Positions 1-9,187 of a DNA stretch of 64,000 bases are shown piece by piece. Under the pieces are notes generated by a model, which saw only the letters and a program-made list of their open reading frames with translations, was not told the DNA's origin and did no database searches. A program made the position numbers and the translations under genes. Position 1 is the stretch's first letter, and each line of letters opens with the position of its first letter. Source of the stretch: a virus (taxonomy: Duplodnaviria; Caudoviricetes); the IMG/VR virus record IMGVR_UViG_3300037067_005124, positions 7,760 through 71,759 of that record; one strand, written 5' to 3'.

Positions 1-2
1 GA

Positions 3-221
3 TATTGTGTAGGACTAGTCTCTGACTTTCAAAAGAAAAACATCAAACTTGACAAGGAACGCAAGTCAAAAGATGGATTGAAAACCTTGAAGCACATCGA
101 ATCGCTGAACGATACCGAGTTCGAAGCAGTAAGGTTCGATAAGAATTTTGTGTTTCTATCAGATGATAATATTACAACATTAATGGCTACATCCGAATGG
201 ACAACAGCAGACAAACCTTAA
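3..221 (+). CDS. 3' end of a hypothetical protein (partial)
   Basis: Open frame from the window edge to TAA at 219-221, just upstream of the structural genes. Confidence 0.5.
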   Translation, partial: YCVGLVSDFQKKNIKLDKERKSKDGLKTLKHIESLNDTEFEAVRFDKNFVFLSDDNITTLMATSEWTTADKP

Positions 222-252
222 TACGGATTTGCTAAAAAGGGAAGTGATAATA

Positions 253-1155
253 TTGGCATATACATTACAAAACATAAGAGATTTCGTATATAAATTACTT
301 GCAGAATATAGCACTGTATCGAGCAATATAGACCTAAGTTTGACTTACAGAGTGGACGAAAGCATCAATGCCCATTACTTTGAGCTTTCTCAGCTGGACA
401 AAATAGCCTCCAGTATCGCTATATCTCAGTTCCCTATAGAAAATATGCTTGGTGAAACATTCTCCTATGACACGCATACTATAACTCCGGTTTCATACTG
501 CGCCGCCAGTTCATATGCATACTATTATGAGTGTGACGGTGCGCATTCCGTAGATATATTGGAAGGTTCGTCAGTGGCAACCATGACTACCTTGTCCACA
601 GTTACAGTCACAGCGGCAAGTATCTTTGTAGCGTATAAGAACTTTGTCACAGCAACAGTATCATCAGACTATATCAAGCTTAACTTTTACGGTGATGATG
701 AATATCGGATAAGAAATGTTGCAATGTATCCTTATGTTTTCAGCAATTCTACAGCCTTAATTCCTGCGTTTAAGCCGTTTGTTGAATATTCGCTTCCGTC
801 AGACTACGATGACATGAACAGAGTAAGGTATCGGGACGATAACAGATACGGTACTTTCACAGACTACAAGATAGAAAACAGCAAACTTTTGATTTCAAGG
901 GGATATTCTGCAGAATTCTTTTTGGACTACTGGGTTATTCCGTCAGCAGTGACTACAGCCACTAATACATTTTTAATCAAGGACAGGACGGCTTTAATAA
1001 TTCCTTATGGTGTAGCAGGGGATATTTTAATAGGAAACGGAATCAATGTGTCGCAAGGGCAAGCGTTTAAGGCTGAATATGAAAAGAAAAAGAGTAACAT
1101 AGACACAGCAGTCGAATACGGCAAGCAGGAAATAACAAATTCGAGGGGTTGGTGA
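253..1155 (+). CDS. Putative head-tail adaptor / tail tubular protein A-like
   Basis: Position before the nozzle gene; N-terminal TLQNIRDFVYKLL helix and C-terminal LIIPYGVAGDIL...EYEKKK resemble podoviral adaptors; probable TTG start. Confidence 0.5.
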   Translation: MAYTLQNIRDFVYKLLAEYSTVSSNIDLSLTYRVDESINAHYFELSQLDKIASSIAISQFPIENMLGETFSYDTHTITPVSYCAASSYAYYYECDGAHSVDILEGSSVATMTTLSTVTVTAASIFVAYKNFVTATVSSDYIKLNFYGDDEYRIRNVAMYPYVFSNSTALIPAFKPFVEYSLPSDYDDMNRVRYRDDNRYGTFTDYKIENSKLLISRGYSAEFFLDYWVIPSAVTTATNTFLIKDRTALIIPYGVAGDILIGNGINVSQGQAFKAEYEKKKSNIDTAVEYGKQEITNSRGW

Positions 1156-1159
1156 TAGC

Positions 1160-2944
1160 ATGGCTCTCCAAGAATATCCCATAACGGCGTTTATTGGTGG
1201 GCTTAATGTCACCAAACCGCCCACAGACATAGATGACGATCAAAGTCCCGATTGCAAGAACATAATCAACAATGAATTAATGGGCATAAATTCACGATAT
1301 GGGTATACAAGATACTATTCGACTGCAATTAACTCGGCATATGTCAACGGACTTTTTGTATACAATTCCTTTAATTCAAGTGATTTTGTGTATCCTTTGG
1401 GTACGGCTTTAAAAATCGACCTTGCAGGTTCGGCGACTACAATTTATTCCGGAATGGTGTCTGGAAAAGCAAGATCATTTGAAATGAACGGATATATTTA
1501 TTTTCAAGACGGTTCGGGATATATTGAATACAACGGTGCAACAGCTTCCACAGTGTCGGGATATATTCCGACTTACTATGCAGACAAAAACCCAGACGGA
1601 ACAGGCGGTGGGCAGATAGACGAATTAAACTACCTGACAAGTGCATTCAAAGATACCTTTAGCGGTAACGCCACAGCTACAACCTTTTATATGTCATTTG
1701 GAAGCCTTACAACAGGTGATAATATAGTTTTAGTCAACAATGCCACTTTAACGTCCGGTGGGGCTACAGCAGGCTTTAATGTCAACTATGCAAGCGGATA
1801 CTTTACCCTGACAACGGCTGCGACTTCGGGCGTGGGAAATGTCGAAATCACAACTCATAAGCCTGTTTTGTCAAGTACGGCTATAACAAATTGTACGTTC
1901 TGTGAGACTTACGGCGAGGGTAACGACACCAATGTATATTTTAGCGGCAATTCGTCTTTCCCTGCAAGAATCTTTTGGTCTGATACTTTAGACCCGACTT
2001 ACTTTCCTGCAACGTCCTATGCTGATGTAGGAGTACAAAACGATAAAATGATGGGATTCCTTAAGACTGCCAACACATTACAATTATGGAAATACCGTTC
2101 AATTCACGGGTTTGTTGGCGCACCGCCAAATAATGCCATAACAGAAATGTACGATGGTGAAGGCTTGATTGCAACTGATTCCTTAAAACTTGTTGATGGC
2201 GTTCCTACAGGTCTAAGCCAAAGGGGAGTAGTACAATTCAAAGGTAACAAACTAGACCTTATCAGTGAGGATATAAACGGCTTTACGGGAATGCGTGACG
2301 GATTAATGACGGAAACCGCAGCGAATAGAGGAAATGCCTTTGCGTTCATTCACGACAAAAAATACTGGTTGCATGTAAACGACAAGATTTTCATATTTCA
2401 GCACAACCTTATTCATTCGGGCAATGGACGGACAGTCTATCCGTGGATAAAATGGACTTTGGCACATAATCCGACTTGTTTTAATGTAAAAGATGGGTAT
2501 ATGTACTTTGGCGGACAAGGGAATCTTTACAAATTCGACCCGTCTTCCGTGAGTGATGATGGAACGGCAATAACCTCATACTGGTATTCCAAGAAAATGA
2601 ATCCTGGAAATAGGTATGATTTGATTAAGCTTTTTACTCATTTGTACTTTGAATTCAGGACAATGCTTGGAAATGCCACAATAGATATTACAGTTTATGT
2701 AAACGAGACTGAAATAGCAAACAGCACGGTAAGTTTTTCCATTGTCGGGGCATGGAACCCGAACGAATTCAACCCTAATGAATTTTACCCAAATACAGCG
2801 ACGTTTGCAAGTTTTTCAAAAAGGATACCGGTAAACATAAAAGGAAGGTATTTTCAATACAAAATTCAGTGCAATACTTTAAATCAGGCCTTTACTTTGC
2901 TAAACAGCAAACTTGACTATGTGCCAGACCGGAGAGTGATATAA
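1160..2944 (+). CDS. Tail nozzle / DNA-stabilisation protein (P22 gp10 / T7 gp12-like)
   Basis: 594 aa, beta-rich; N-terminal FIGGLN...DDQSPDCKN motif; RIFWSD..DP motif. Confidence 0.65.
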   Translation: MALQEYPITAFIGGLNVTKPPTDIDDDQSPDCKNIINNELMGINSRYGYTRYYSTAINSAYVNGLFVYNSFNSSDFVYPLGTALKIDLAGSATTIYSGMVSGKARSFEMNGYIYFQDGSGYIEYNGATASTVSGYIPTYYADKNPDGTGGGQIDELNYLTSAFKDTFSGNATATTFYMSFGSLTTGDNIVLVNNATLTSGGATAGFNVNYASGYFTLTTAATSGVGNVEITTHKPVLSSTAITNCTFCETYGEGNDTNVYFSGNSSFPARIFWSDTLDPTYFPATSYADVGVQNDKMMGFLKTANTLQLWKYRSIHGFVGAPPNNAITEMYDGEGLIATDSLKLVDGVPTGLSQRGVVQFKGNKLDLISEDINGFTGMRDGLMTETAANRGNAFAFIHDKKYWLHVNDKIFIFQHNLIHSGNGRTVYPWIKWTLAHNPTCFNVKDGYMYFGGQGNLYKFDPSSVSDDGTAITSYWYSKKMNPGNRYDLIKLFTHLYFEFRTMLGNATIDITVYVNETEIANSTVSFSIVGAWNPNEFNPNEFYPNTATFASFSKRIPVNIKGRYFQYKIQCNTLNQAFTLLNSKLDYVPDRRVI

Positions 2945-3265
2945 ATGCAAAGAACAGACGAATACATTAGGCCGAGAGGATATTACGACAATAAGGGAAC
3001 ATTGCTAACCGCCGATTTTCAAAAACTAAATGGCGTTTTGTACGGTTCGGCGATTACAAAATACGCAGTAGGCACCACAACGGCAAGCAATGGCATGATA
3101 TTATCTCATGGTCTTAATTCATCCTTTGCTTGCTTTGTCAGTCCGCAATCGGGAACTTATTTTACTTCAGGAAAAGCTACAGGTTCACAAATTACATTTT
3201 ACATATCTAACATATCGGGAGTTGCAACCAGTGCGGTAGTTGATTGGATTGCATATGGATATTAA
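2945..3265 (+). CDS. Small virion/tail protein
   Basis: In the tail operon; ends in AVVDWIAYGY as many small fibre-associated domains do. Confidence 0.45.
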   Translation: MQRTDEYIRPRGYYDNKGTLLTADFQKLNGVLYGSAITKYAVGTTTASNGMILSHGLNSSFACFVSPQSGTYFTSGKATGSQITFYISNISGVATSAVVDWIAYGY

Positions 3266-3277
3266 GGGAGTGATTTT

Positions 3278-4210
3278 ATGATAAGCGCAGCAGCAGTATC
3301 AACAATAAGTTTAACATATGTTTCTGGTGGTTCGTGGGCGGCATTTAATTCTACAAATTTAGCTACAGCAGGGAATTTGCAGGCCAACTGGACAGACATA
3401 GCCAGTCAAGTTGGTGCATCATACAAAACTTTATTAAACAGTGCAGTAAATGAAATAGGCGTACTGGAAGGCGCAAGCGGCGCAAACTATATCGGCGTGT
3501 CAAGCATAACAGGGATAGTATCGGCAACAACAGTATGGTCGGCTTTGTATAGTTTGAATTCCTCTGTGTCGGCAATAAACGTTTCAGCGGCTTATGCTGG
3601 CTCAGCTGCCTATGCTGCAAGTGCCGGATATGCTGCAAGTGCCGCAGGGAATGTATCAGGCATACTGACAGCTACAGGGGATATTTTATATGCTTCTGCT
3701 GCCAATGCTCCCACAAGACTCGCAAAAGGGACTGAACTTCAAATGCTACGATTGAATGGAGATGCAACAGCACCCGAGTGGTTCAGTAACCCATCATGCA
3801 GAGTATACAACAGTGTATCGCAAAGCATACCTGATTCTGCTTTTACCACACTTAACTTCGATACTGAAAGTTACGACAATGATACAATGCATGATAATGT
3901 TACAAACAATGAAAGAATTACATTTTCCACAGCAGGGACGTACAAGGTAAGTGCTAATATAGCTTTTGCCGCAAATGCAACAGGGAATAGAATTATAAAG
4001 ATTATACGCAATGATGGCGAAATTAAATTGTACGAAAACAAGGCAACGGTAACAACAGGAGACTCGACAGTTTTTAATGTTTCTTTTGTGGCAACCTTTT
4101 CGGCTGGTCAGTATGTATATATTCAGGCGTATCAAAGCAGCACAGGAGCTTTGGGTGTAAATCGCTCCGCCGATTATTCCGCAATATTCGCAGCAGAAAA
4201 AATAATGTAA
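3278..4210 (+). CDS. Tail fibre-like protein, Ser/Ala/Thr-rich N-terminus, C1q-like C-terminal domain
   Basis: CRVYNSVSQSIP...LNFDTESYDND.MHD....RITFSTAGTYKVSANIAF pattern typical of C1q/TNF-like jelly rolls. Confidence 0.6.
   Translation: MISAAAVSTISLTYVSGGSWAAFNSTNLATAGNLQANWTDIASQVGASYKTLLNSAVNEIGVLEGASGANYIGVSSITGIVSATTVWSALYSLNSSVSAINVSAAYAGSAAYAASAGYAASAAGNVSGILTATGDILYASAANAPTRLAKGTELQMLRLNGDATAPEWFSNPSCRVYNSVSQSIPDSAFTTLNFDTESYDNDTMHDNVTNNERITFSTAGTYKVSANIAFAANATGNRIIKIIRNDGEIKLYENKATVTTGDSTVFNVSFVATFSAGQYVYIQAYQSSTGALGVNRSADYSAIFAAEKIM
3593..3643 (+). repeat. Three 18-nt-period repeats encoding YAGSAA/YAASAG/YAASA
   Basis: tatgctgcaagtgcc exact at 3611 and 3629; degenerate copy at 3593. 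Confidence 0.8.
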
Positions 4211-4283
4211 CTTGAATAAAATTGTAATAAGTCAATGTGTTTACCGCAAAGATTGTAATTATATAAAAGAAAGGATGAATAAC

Positions 4284-6014
4284 ATGTCAATAACAATGAA
4301 TTGTTCTTTATTTGATTTAACAAATTCACATTTGGCAGATAGTGCATACTTTGCAAAAGCTGAAGGGTTTCTTGTAAACAATACAGATATAGCGGCAGCC
4401 CTGGCAGCATTTAAAACAAAAGTAGGATCTGCTCAATGTGACTTGTATTTTAGTACCGGCACATACAGGCTCAGCACAAACGCAACTATGCCTGAAAATA
4501 TCCGCATTATACCGGCCAACGGTGCCATGTTTAATCTTGATGTCGGAGTTACTTTTATAGTTAATGGACCGATAGCTGACACAATGGGGCAGATTTTTTC
4601 CACTACCGGATATGTCAACTTGACCAGTAATATATATCTTGACTTTGTACGTCCTGAATGGTGGGGCGCAAAGGGTGACGGTGTAACCAATTCGACACTA
4701 GCAATAATGACTGCTGATTATTCCTGCAAAAAGGTAAAATTTGCAGGAGGCACTTACCTACTATCTGATATGAACGGGGAAGCAGCTGTTGAATTCGGCG
4801 GGTATGGTGTTAGTTGGGAAGGTGTTACTAATGTACAGAATGCCGTTGTTGCGAATGCTGGAAAGCTTACGAGAATTATGTCCTACGGAGAGCAAGCCCA
4901 TACTATCAAATGGACAGGTATGGTAAATTCAGTATTTGAAAATATTACATTTAGTGGAAACTTTGTTACTAATGAAGTAGTACGATTTGATGTAGTGTGT
5001 ACCAACAACCATTTTAAAAACTGTACTTTTGAAGCTGCAACACCTTTGAATTTGGCTGAAAATGATGGCGGTGTATTAATATCTTTCGCTGGCAATGCAG
5101 GAGTAGACAACAACACATTTGAGAAATGTTGGATAGTGCAAAAATATGATGATGGTGACCCAAGCTATGCTTTTTCTTGTGTGAAAATTGATGGTGGATC
5201 TAATACATTTTTAAATGCCTTTAAAGATTGCTTTTTCGCTTATGCAAAATATCTTGTTGATGTACGCGCATCTACAGGCGGCGATTTCTACCATTGCCAT
5301 TTTGACAACTGGAAAGCAGTTGGGGGATATGCTATTGTGATAATGGGGCTAACTCAAAGGTTAATAATTGAGGATAGTTATACAGAATTTGAAGGTCAAT
5401 TTATATCACAGACTGCTAGTGCAACATCTTCTCCTGTACCGATTATAATAAGAAACAATCAATTGAATGCTATTGACACTATTATAGGGTTACAATTGCA
5501 ACAGCCTGTAGTATTGGAAAACAATTATCTAAATGCAAATGTATCAGTCTTAAATACTACAATCACTACGGGACAGCAGTTTTATGTGCGTTCAAGAAAT
5601 AATTTTTTCAATGGTGCGTTTGGATTTGTCGGTGCAGGGTATCTAAAGGTTTATGATTCTGGAAGTACGACAGGGACGGGTGGCGCACTAGATGGATTTA
5701 TGGAAAATGTAAAAATAGGTTTTGGCGGTTCAAAAATAACAAAGCATCTATCTGAAACCTATCTATTAAACTTTACAGTTCCCGGAGCAGTTCCTGGGGA
5801 AGTGGAATCAGCAGAACAAACTTTAACAGGTGCAGCAATGGGTGATACGGTAGTTGTTTCATTTACTGCCGCCCTGCCAGCAGGATTTATTTTAACCGGA
5901 TATGTTAGTTCTGCCGGTAAAGTGAAAATAAAGTGGATACAGTTCAGTGGTGCTCCTACTGACCCTGATGGTGCAGGTAATTATTACAGGGTAGATGTGT
6001 GGAAGCACACATAA
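4284..6014 (+). CDS. Tailspike / polysaccharide depolymerase (pectate-lyase-like beta-helix)
   Basis: VRPEWWGAKGDGVTNST motif at the start of the beta-helix; Asn/Phe-rich repeats; tail-module position. Confidence 0.75.
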   Translation: MSITMNCSLFDLTNSHLADSAYFAKAEGFLVNNTDIAAALAAFKTKVGSAQCDLYFSTGTYRLSTNATMPENIRIIPANGAMFNLDVGVTFIVNGPIADTMGQIFSTTGYVNLTSNIYLDFVRPEWWGAKGDGVTNSTLAIMTADYSCKKVKFAGGTYLLSDMNGEAAVEFGGYGVSWEGVTNVQNAVVANAGKLTRIMSYGEQAHTIKWTGMVNSVFENITFSGNFVTNEVVRFDVVCTNNHFKNCTFEAATPLNLAENDGGVLISFAGNAGVDNNTFEKCWIVQKYDDGDPSYAFSCVKIDGGSNTFLNAFKDCFFAYAKYLVDVRASTGGDFYHCHFDNWKAVGGYAIVIMGLTQRLIIEDSYTEFEGQFISQTASATSSPVPIIIRNNQLNAIDTIIGLQLQQPVVLENNYLNANVSVLNTTITTGQQFYVRSRNNFFNGAFGFVGAGYLKVYDSGSTTGTGGALDGFMENVKIGFGGSKITKHLSETYLLNFTVPGAVPGEVESAEQTLTGAAMGDTVVVSFTAALPAGFILTGYVSSAGKVKIKWIQFSGAPTDPDGAGNYYRVDVWKHT

Positions 6015-6044
6015 TAACAAAATTTTTCTCACAGTTATTAATTA

Positions 6045-6073
6045 TTGACTAAATATTACTTAAATAGTATTAT
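6045..6073 (+). promoter_or_regulatory. Sigma-A promoter for the radical SAM moron
   Basis: TTGACT-17 nt-TATTAT, followed by an AAGGAGG RBS. Confidence 0.65.
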
Positions 6074-6110
6074 TTAAACTAGCTATGCAATATATTAAAA
6101 GGAGGAAAAG

Positions 6111-7121
6111 ATGCACATTTGTGAAAAATATTTCAATATGAGAAAACCATATTTTGATGATTTGCCAAAGACAATAATAATAGAACCGTACATGGGGTGC
6201 AATTTAAGGTGTCCAATGTGTCCAGTACCTCATTCAATGGAATTGATGAACGGACGTAAATATTGCGAAATGGATTTTGAGTTATTTACGTCCATAATTG
6301 ATCAAATATCTGACGTGCCAAGAAGAATACAAATAATACAGATGGGCGAACCACTTTTAAATAAAAACATAGTTAAATTTGTCAGATTAGCAAAACAGCG
6401 CGGGCATGATGTAGCTATTACATCAAATGGCGTTTTAATGGATTACAATGTATCTGTATCGCTTATAAAAGCGGGAATTGACGAGGTTGTTTTTTCCTTT
6501 GATGGGATGGACAAAAAAACATATGAGAGTATACGAGTGGGCGCAAATCATCAAAAAGTAATTGGAAATATAAAAACATTTGCAAATGAAGTAAAACACC
6601 AAAATAGCAAATGTATAACAAGATTAGATTATATTGTGTCAGACTTAACAAAACCAGAAATAAATAAAGCTAAAAAGTTTTGGAAAGGTATTATACCTGT
6701 ATATTTTAGACCGTTGGGCAACTGGAACAATATGGAGTTGCCCAGTGAATTAGGGAGTCCCAAAATAGATAAATGCAAGCCAGAAAGATTTCCATGTAAT
6801 ATGTTGTGGACAGTATTAAGCATTTCAGCTGAAGGGTATGTACAGTATTGCTGTCATGATTATAAACTATTATCAGAATTATCTAATGTGAAGAATAAAC
6901 CCATTAAGGAGATTTGGCACAATGAAGTAGGTAAGGAAAGGGAAAAACATATAAACAATCAAATAGATTCTGAACCATGCAAAAATTGTATGCAATGGTC
7001 ATACCAAAAAGTAAAATTTGATAACAATAGTGCAATAAGGCAGATTATAAAAAAGAAATTTCCCATACTAAAAAAAATATACCAGCGTTATCATGATGGT
7101 ACAGATAAGCTGGCAGAATAG
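6111..7121 (+). CDS. Radical SAM / SPASM-domain protein
   Basis: CNLRCPMC (CxxxCxxC), MGEPLLN, ITSNG, FSFDG; C-terminal C..LW...ISAEG.VQYCC...C..C SPASM pattern. Confidence 0.9.
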   Translation: MHICEKYFNMRKPYFDDLPKTIIIEPYMGCNLRCPMCPVPHSMELMNGRKYCEMDFELFTSIIDQISDVPRRIQIIQMGEPLLNKNIVKFVRLAKQRGHDVAITSNGVLMDYNVSVSLIKAGIDEVVFSFDGMDKKTYESIRVGANHQKVIGNIKTFANEVKHQNSKCITRLDYIVSDLTKPEINKAKKFWKGIIPVYFRPLGNWNNMELPSELGSPKIDKCKPERFPCNMLWTVLSISAEGYVQYCCHDYKLLSELSNVKNKPIKEIWHNEVGKEREKHINNQIDSEPCKNCMQWSYQKVKFDNNSAIRQIIKKKFPILKKIYQRYHDGTDKLAE

Positions 7122-7174
7122 TTTTGTGTAAATAAAAAGGCGTTTGGAAACATTGATAAATATAAGAATCGCAG

Positions 7175-7203
7175 TAGAGCTTGTAAAAACAGGCTCTATT
7201 TTT
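7175..7203 (+). terminator. Intrinsic terminator
   Basis: TAGAGCTTGT-AAAA-ACAGGCTCTA then TTTTT. Confidence 0.7.
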
Positions 7204-7272
7204 CAAAAAAACAGTACGGGCAAATCTTACCTTGCTAATATACAAGAGAGGTTAAATAAATAATCATTACTT

Positions 7273-7299
7273 GCAGGATTTTCCCTTTTCATGGCGAAT
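7273..7299 (+). promoter_or_regulatory. Sigma-H (Spo0H)-type promoter
   Basis: GCAGGATTT-11 nt-GGCGAAT matches the consensus RnAGGAwWW-N11-12-RnnGAAT. Confidence 0.6.
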
Positions 7300-7339
7300 A
7301 CTGGTAATATGTTAATAAACTATCAGTTGGAGGTTTGTA

Positions 7340-7627
7340 ATGAAAAGGCTAATAACATTACTTTTTACTCTCACGCTTATTGCCGGATGCAGTGCGCAGG
7401 ACACAAAAGCAGATTATGTCAATTCTCAAACTACCAGTATCCAACAAATATACACAAATGATGATACAATAGAAGAAACGAAAGACGTAACGGTTTATGT
7501 TACAAAAACAGGTGCAAAATATCATAGTGCAGGTTGCAGATATTTAAGCAAAAGTTGTATTTCAATAAGCTTATCCGATGCAAGGAATGGTTATTCCCCT
7601 TGCAGTGTCTGTAACCCACCGGATTAA
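7340..7627 (+). CDS. Lipoprotein with Ada-like Cys metal-binding C-terminal domain
   Basis: Lipobox LIAGC; VYVTKTGAKYH..GC..L....GYSPCSVC motif as appended to ComEC/thermonuclease proteins. Confidence 0.75.
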   Translation: MKRLITLLFTLTLIAGCSAQDTKADYVNSQTTSIQQIYTNDDTIEETKDVTVYVTKTGAKYHSAGCRYLSKSCISISLSDARNGYSPCSVCNPPD

Positions 7628-7760
7628 AAAACGATACATAAAAACAGATGCTTACTTTATTAAAACATGAATAAAGTATAATATTGTTGTTATTTTTACC
7701 GATATATAGTATAATTAATTTACTTTGATTCATAATGTGTATTAGTGGATTAAAGAAAGG

Positions 7761-8024
7761 ATGTTTAATATGACAAACAAACGGGTTAAGCTTGAAAAAG
7801 AATTCAATTACTTTTTAAACAATCTGGACGAATTAGTAGAAAAATACAAAGGTAAATATATAGCAATAAAAGATGAGAATGTTTTAGGCGCATATGATAC
7901 TATGGAGCAAGCAATATCTGAGACAAACAAGATGTATGAACTTGGAACTTTTCTTATTCAAAAATGCGAATCCGGCGAAGAAGCTTATACTCAAACATAT
8001 CATTCGAGGGTTAGTTTTGCATAA
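7761..8024 (+). CDS. DUF5678-like small protein
   Basis: LVEKYKGKYIAIKDENVLGAYD motif; sits upstream of an aspartyl protease, as is usual for this family. Confidence 0.65.
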   Translation: MFNMTNKRVKLEKEFNYFLNNLDELVEKYKGKYIAIKDENVLGAYDTMEQAISETNKMYELGTFLIQKCESGEEAYTQTYHSRVSFA

Positions 8025-8048
8025 TTTTAAATGTGAGGTTTTATAAGA

Positions 8049-8609
8049 GTGGGTATTGCAGCTTTCACATCAAGGTATAAGGGATTATCCAATGTATTAA
8101 TAAACGAAGTTGGAGTTATAGACCCTGTTCAAGCAAGATTGAGCGGACAGAATGAACCAAGCACAAAAATACGCAAGTATAAGGCTATCTGGGATACTGG
8201 TGCTACTAATTCTGTAATAACCAGTAAAATAATTGAAGATTTAAACCTGAAACCGATTGGAGTTGTAAAAGTATGCACTCCAAATAAAGAAAGCTATGAA
8301 AATGCCTACATTGTAGATTTTTGGCTGCCTAACAATATCTGCATTCGCGGACTAAAAGTGACGGAAGGCATAATGCCTAATGCCGATATTCTGACCGGAA
8401 TGGATGTTATGATTTTAGGCGATTTTACAGTATCAAACTACCAAGGAAATACCACGTTTTCTTTTAGGTGTCCATCAATGAATGAAACGGATTATGTAAA
8501 AGAAATAAGAAACGCAAACCAATATCGAAACGAGAAGGCAGGAAGAAATAATCCCTGTCCATGTGGAAGTGGTAAAAAATTCAAACACTGTTGCGGACAG
8601 AGTGCATAA
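8049..8609 (+). CDS. Retropepsin-like aspartyl protease with SEC-C motif
   Basis: AIWDTGATNSVI and ILTGMDV motifs; C-terminal GRNNPCPCGSGKKFKHCC. Confidence 0.85.
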   Translation: MGIAAFTSRYKGLSNVLINEVGVIDPVQARLSGQNEPSTKIRKYKAIWDTGATNSVITSKIIEDLNLKPIGVVKVCTPNKESYENAYIVDFWLPNNICIRGLKVTEGIMPNADILTGMDVMILGDFTVSNYQGNTTFSFRCPSMNETDYVKEIRNANQYRNEKAGRNNPCPCGSGKKFKHCCGQSA

Positions 8610-8630
8610 TTTAAAATTTTGAGGTAACAT

Positions 8631-9182
8631 ATGGTTATTATTGGAGCAGGGGGAGCGTGTATTGACACGCTTTCCTTTTTTAATGCAAAAAGTGTTATGA
8701 TATTCGATGATGCGAAAACCGGTTCAGTGTTGGGCAATTGTATACTTGGAAACATAGATTGTTTGATAAAAATGCGACCGGAAGACGATATCTATAATTG
8801 CATTGGTTCAGTAGGTGACAATACGGTTAGAAATCGAATATATGAAAAGTTAAAGGCGGCAGGTATAACAACCAAGCCGCTTTTATTATGTAGTTTTATA
8901 AGCGGTAACGTAAAATTTGGCAGTAACGTAATGGCGGGGGTTGGCAGTCAGCTACACCATGACGTAAACATTGAAAATAATGTAGTCGTAAGTCCCGGAG
9001 TTATTTGCTGTGGGAATGTGACATTAAAAGAGAATTGCTTTATCGGGGCAGGAAGCACGATAATCCAGTCTGTTACAATAGGCCGAAACGCGGTTGTCGG
9101 TGCTGGGAGCGTGGTTATACATGACATACCTGACAACGAATTATGGGCAGGTAATCCAGCGAGATTCATACGGAAAGGGTGA
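8631..9182 (+). CDS. neuD: NeuD/PglD-family sugar acetyltransferase
   Basis: IIGAGG N-terminus; hexapeptide repeats; LHHDV catalytic His region; WAGNPARFI C-terminus. Confidence 0.85.
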   Translation: MVIIGAGGACIDTLSFFNAKSVMIFDDAKTGSVLGNCILGNIDCLIKMRPEDDIYNCIGSVGDNTVRNRIYEKLKAAGITTKPLLLCSFISGNVKFGSNVMAGVGSQLHHDVNIENNVVVSPGVICCGNVTLKENCFIGAGSTIIQSVTIGRNAVVGAGSVVIHDIPDNELWAGNPARFIRKG

Positions 9183-9187
9183 TTTAT

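Noticed and set aside
74-83. TGGATTGAAA, the same 3' handle as the I-C repeat mimic
   Set aside because: Inside a coding frame (D-G-L-K) with no upstream stem or promoter; chance match
3278-6014. Diversity-generating retroelement or invertible tail-fibre cassette
   Set aside because: No reverse transcriptase, no template/variable repeat pair noticed, and no recombinase sites near the fibre genes
8530-8609. secA fragment
   Set aside because: Only the mobile SEC-C zinc motif appended to a protease
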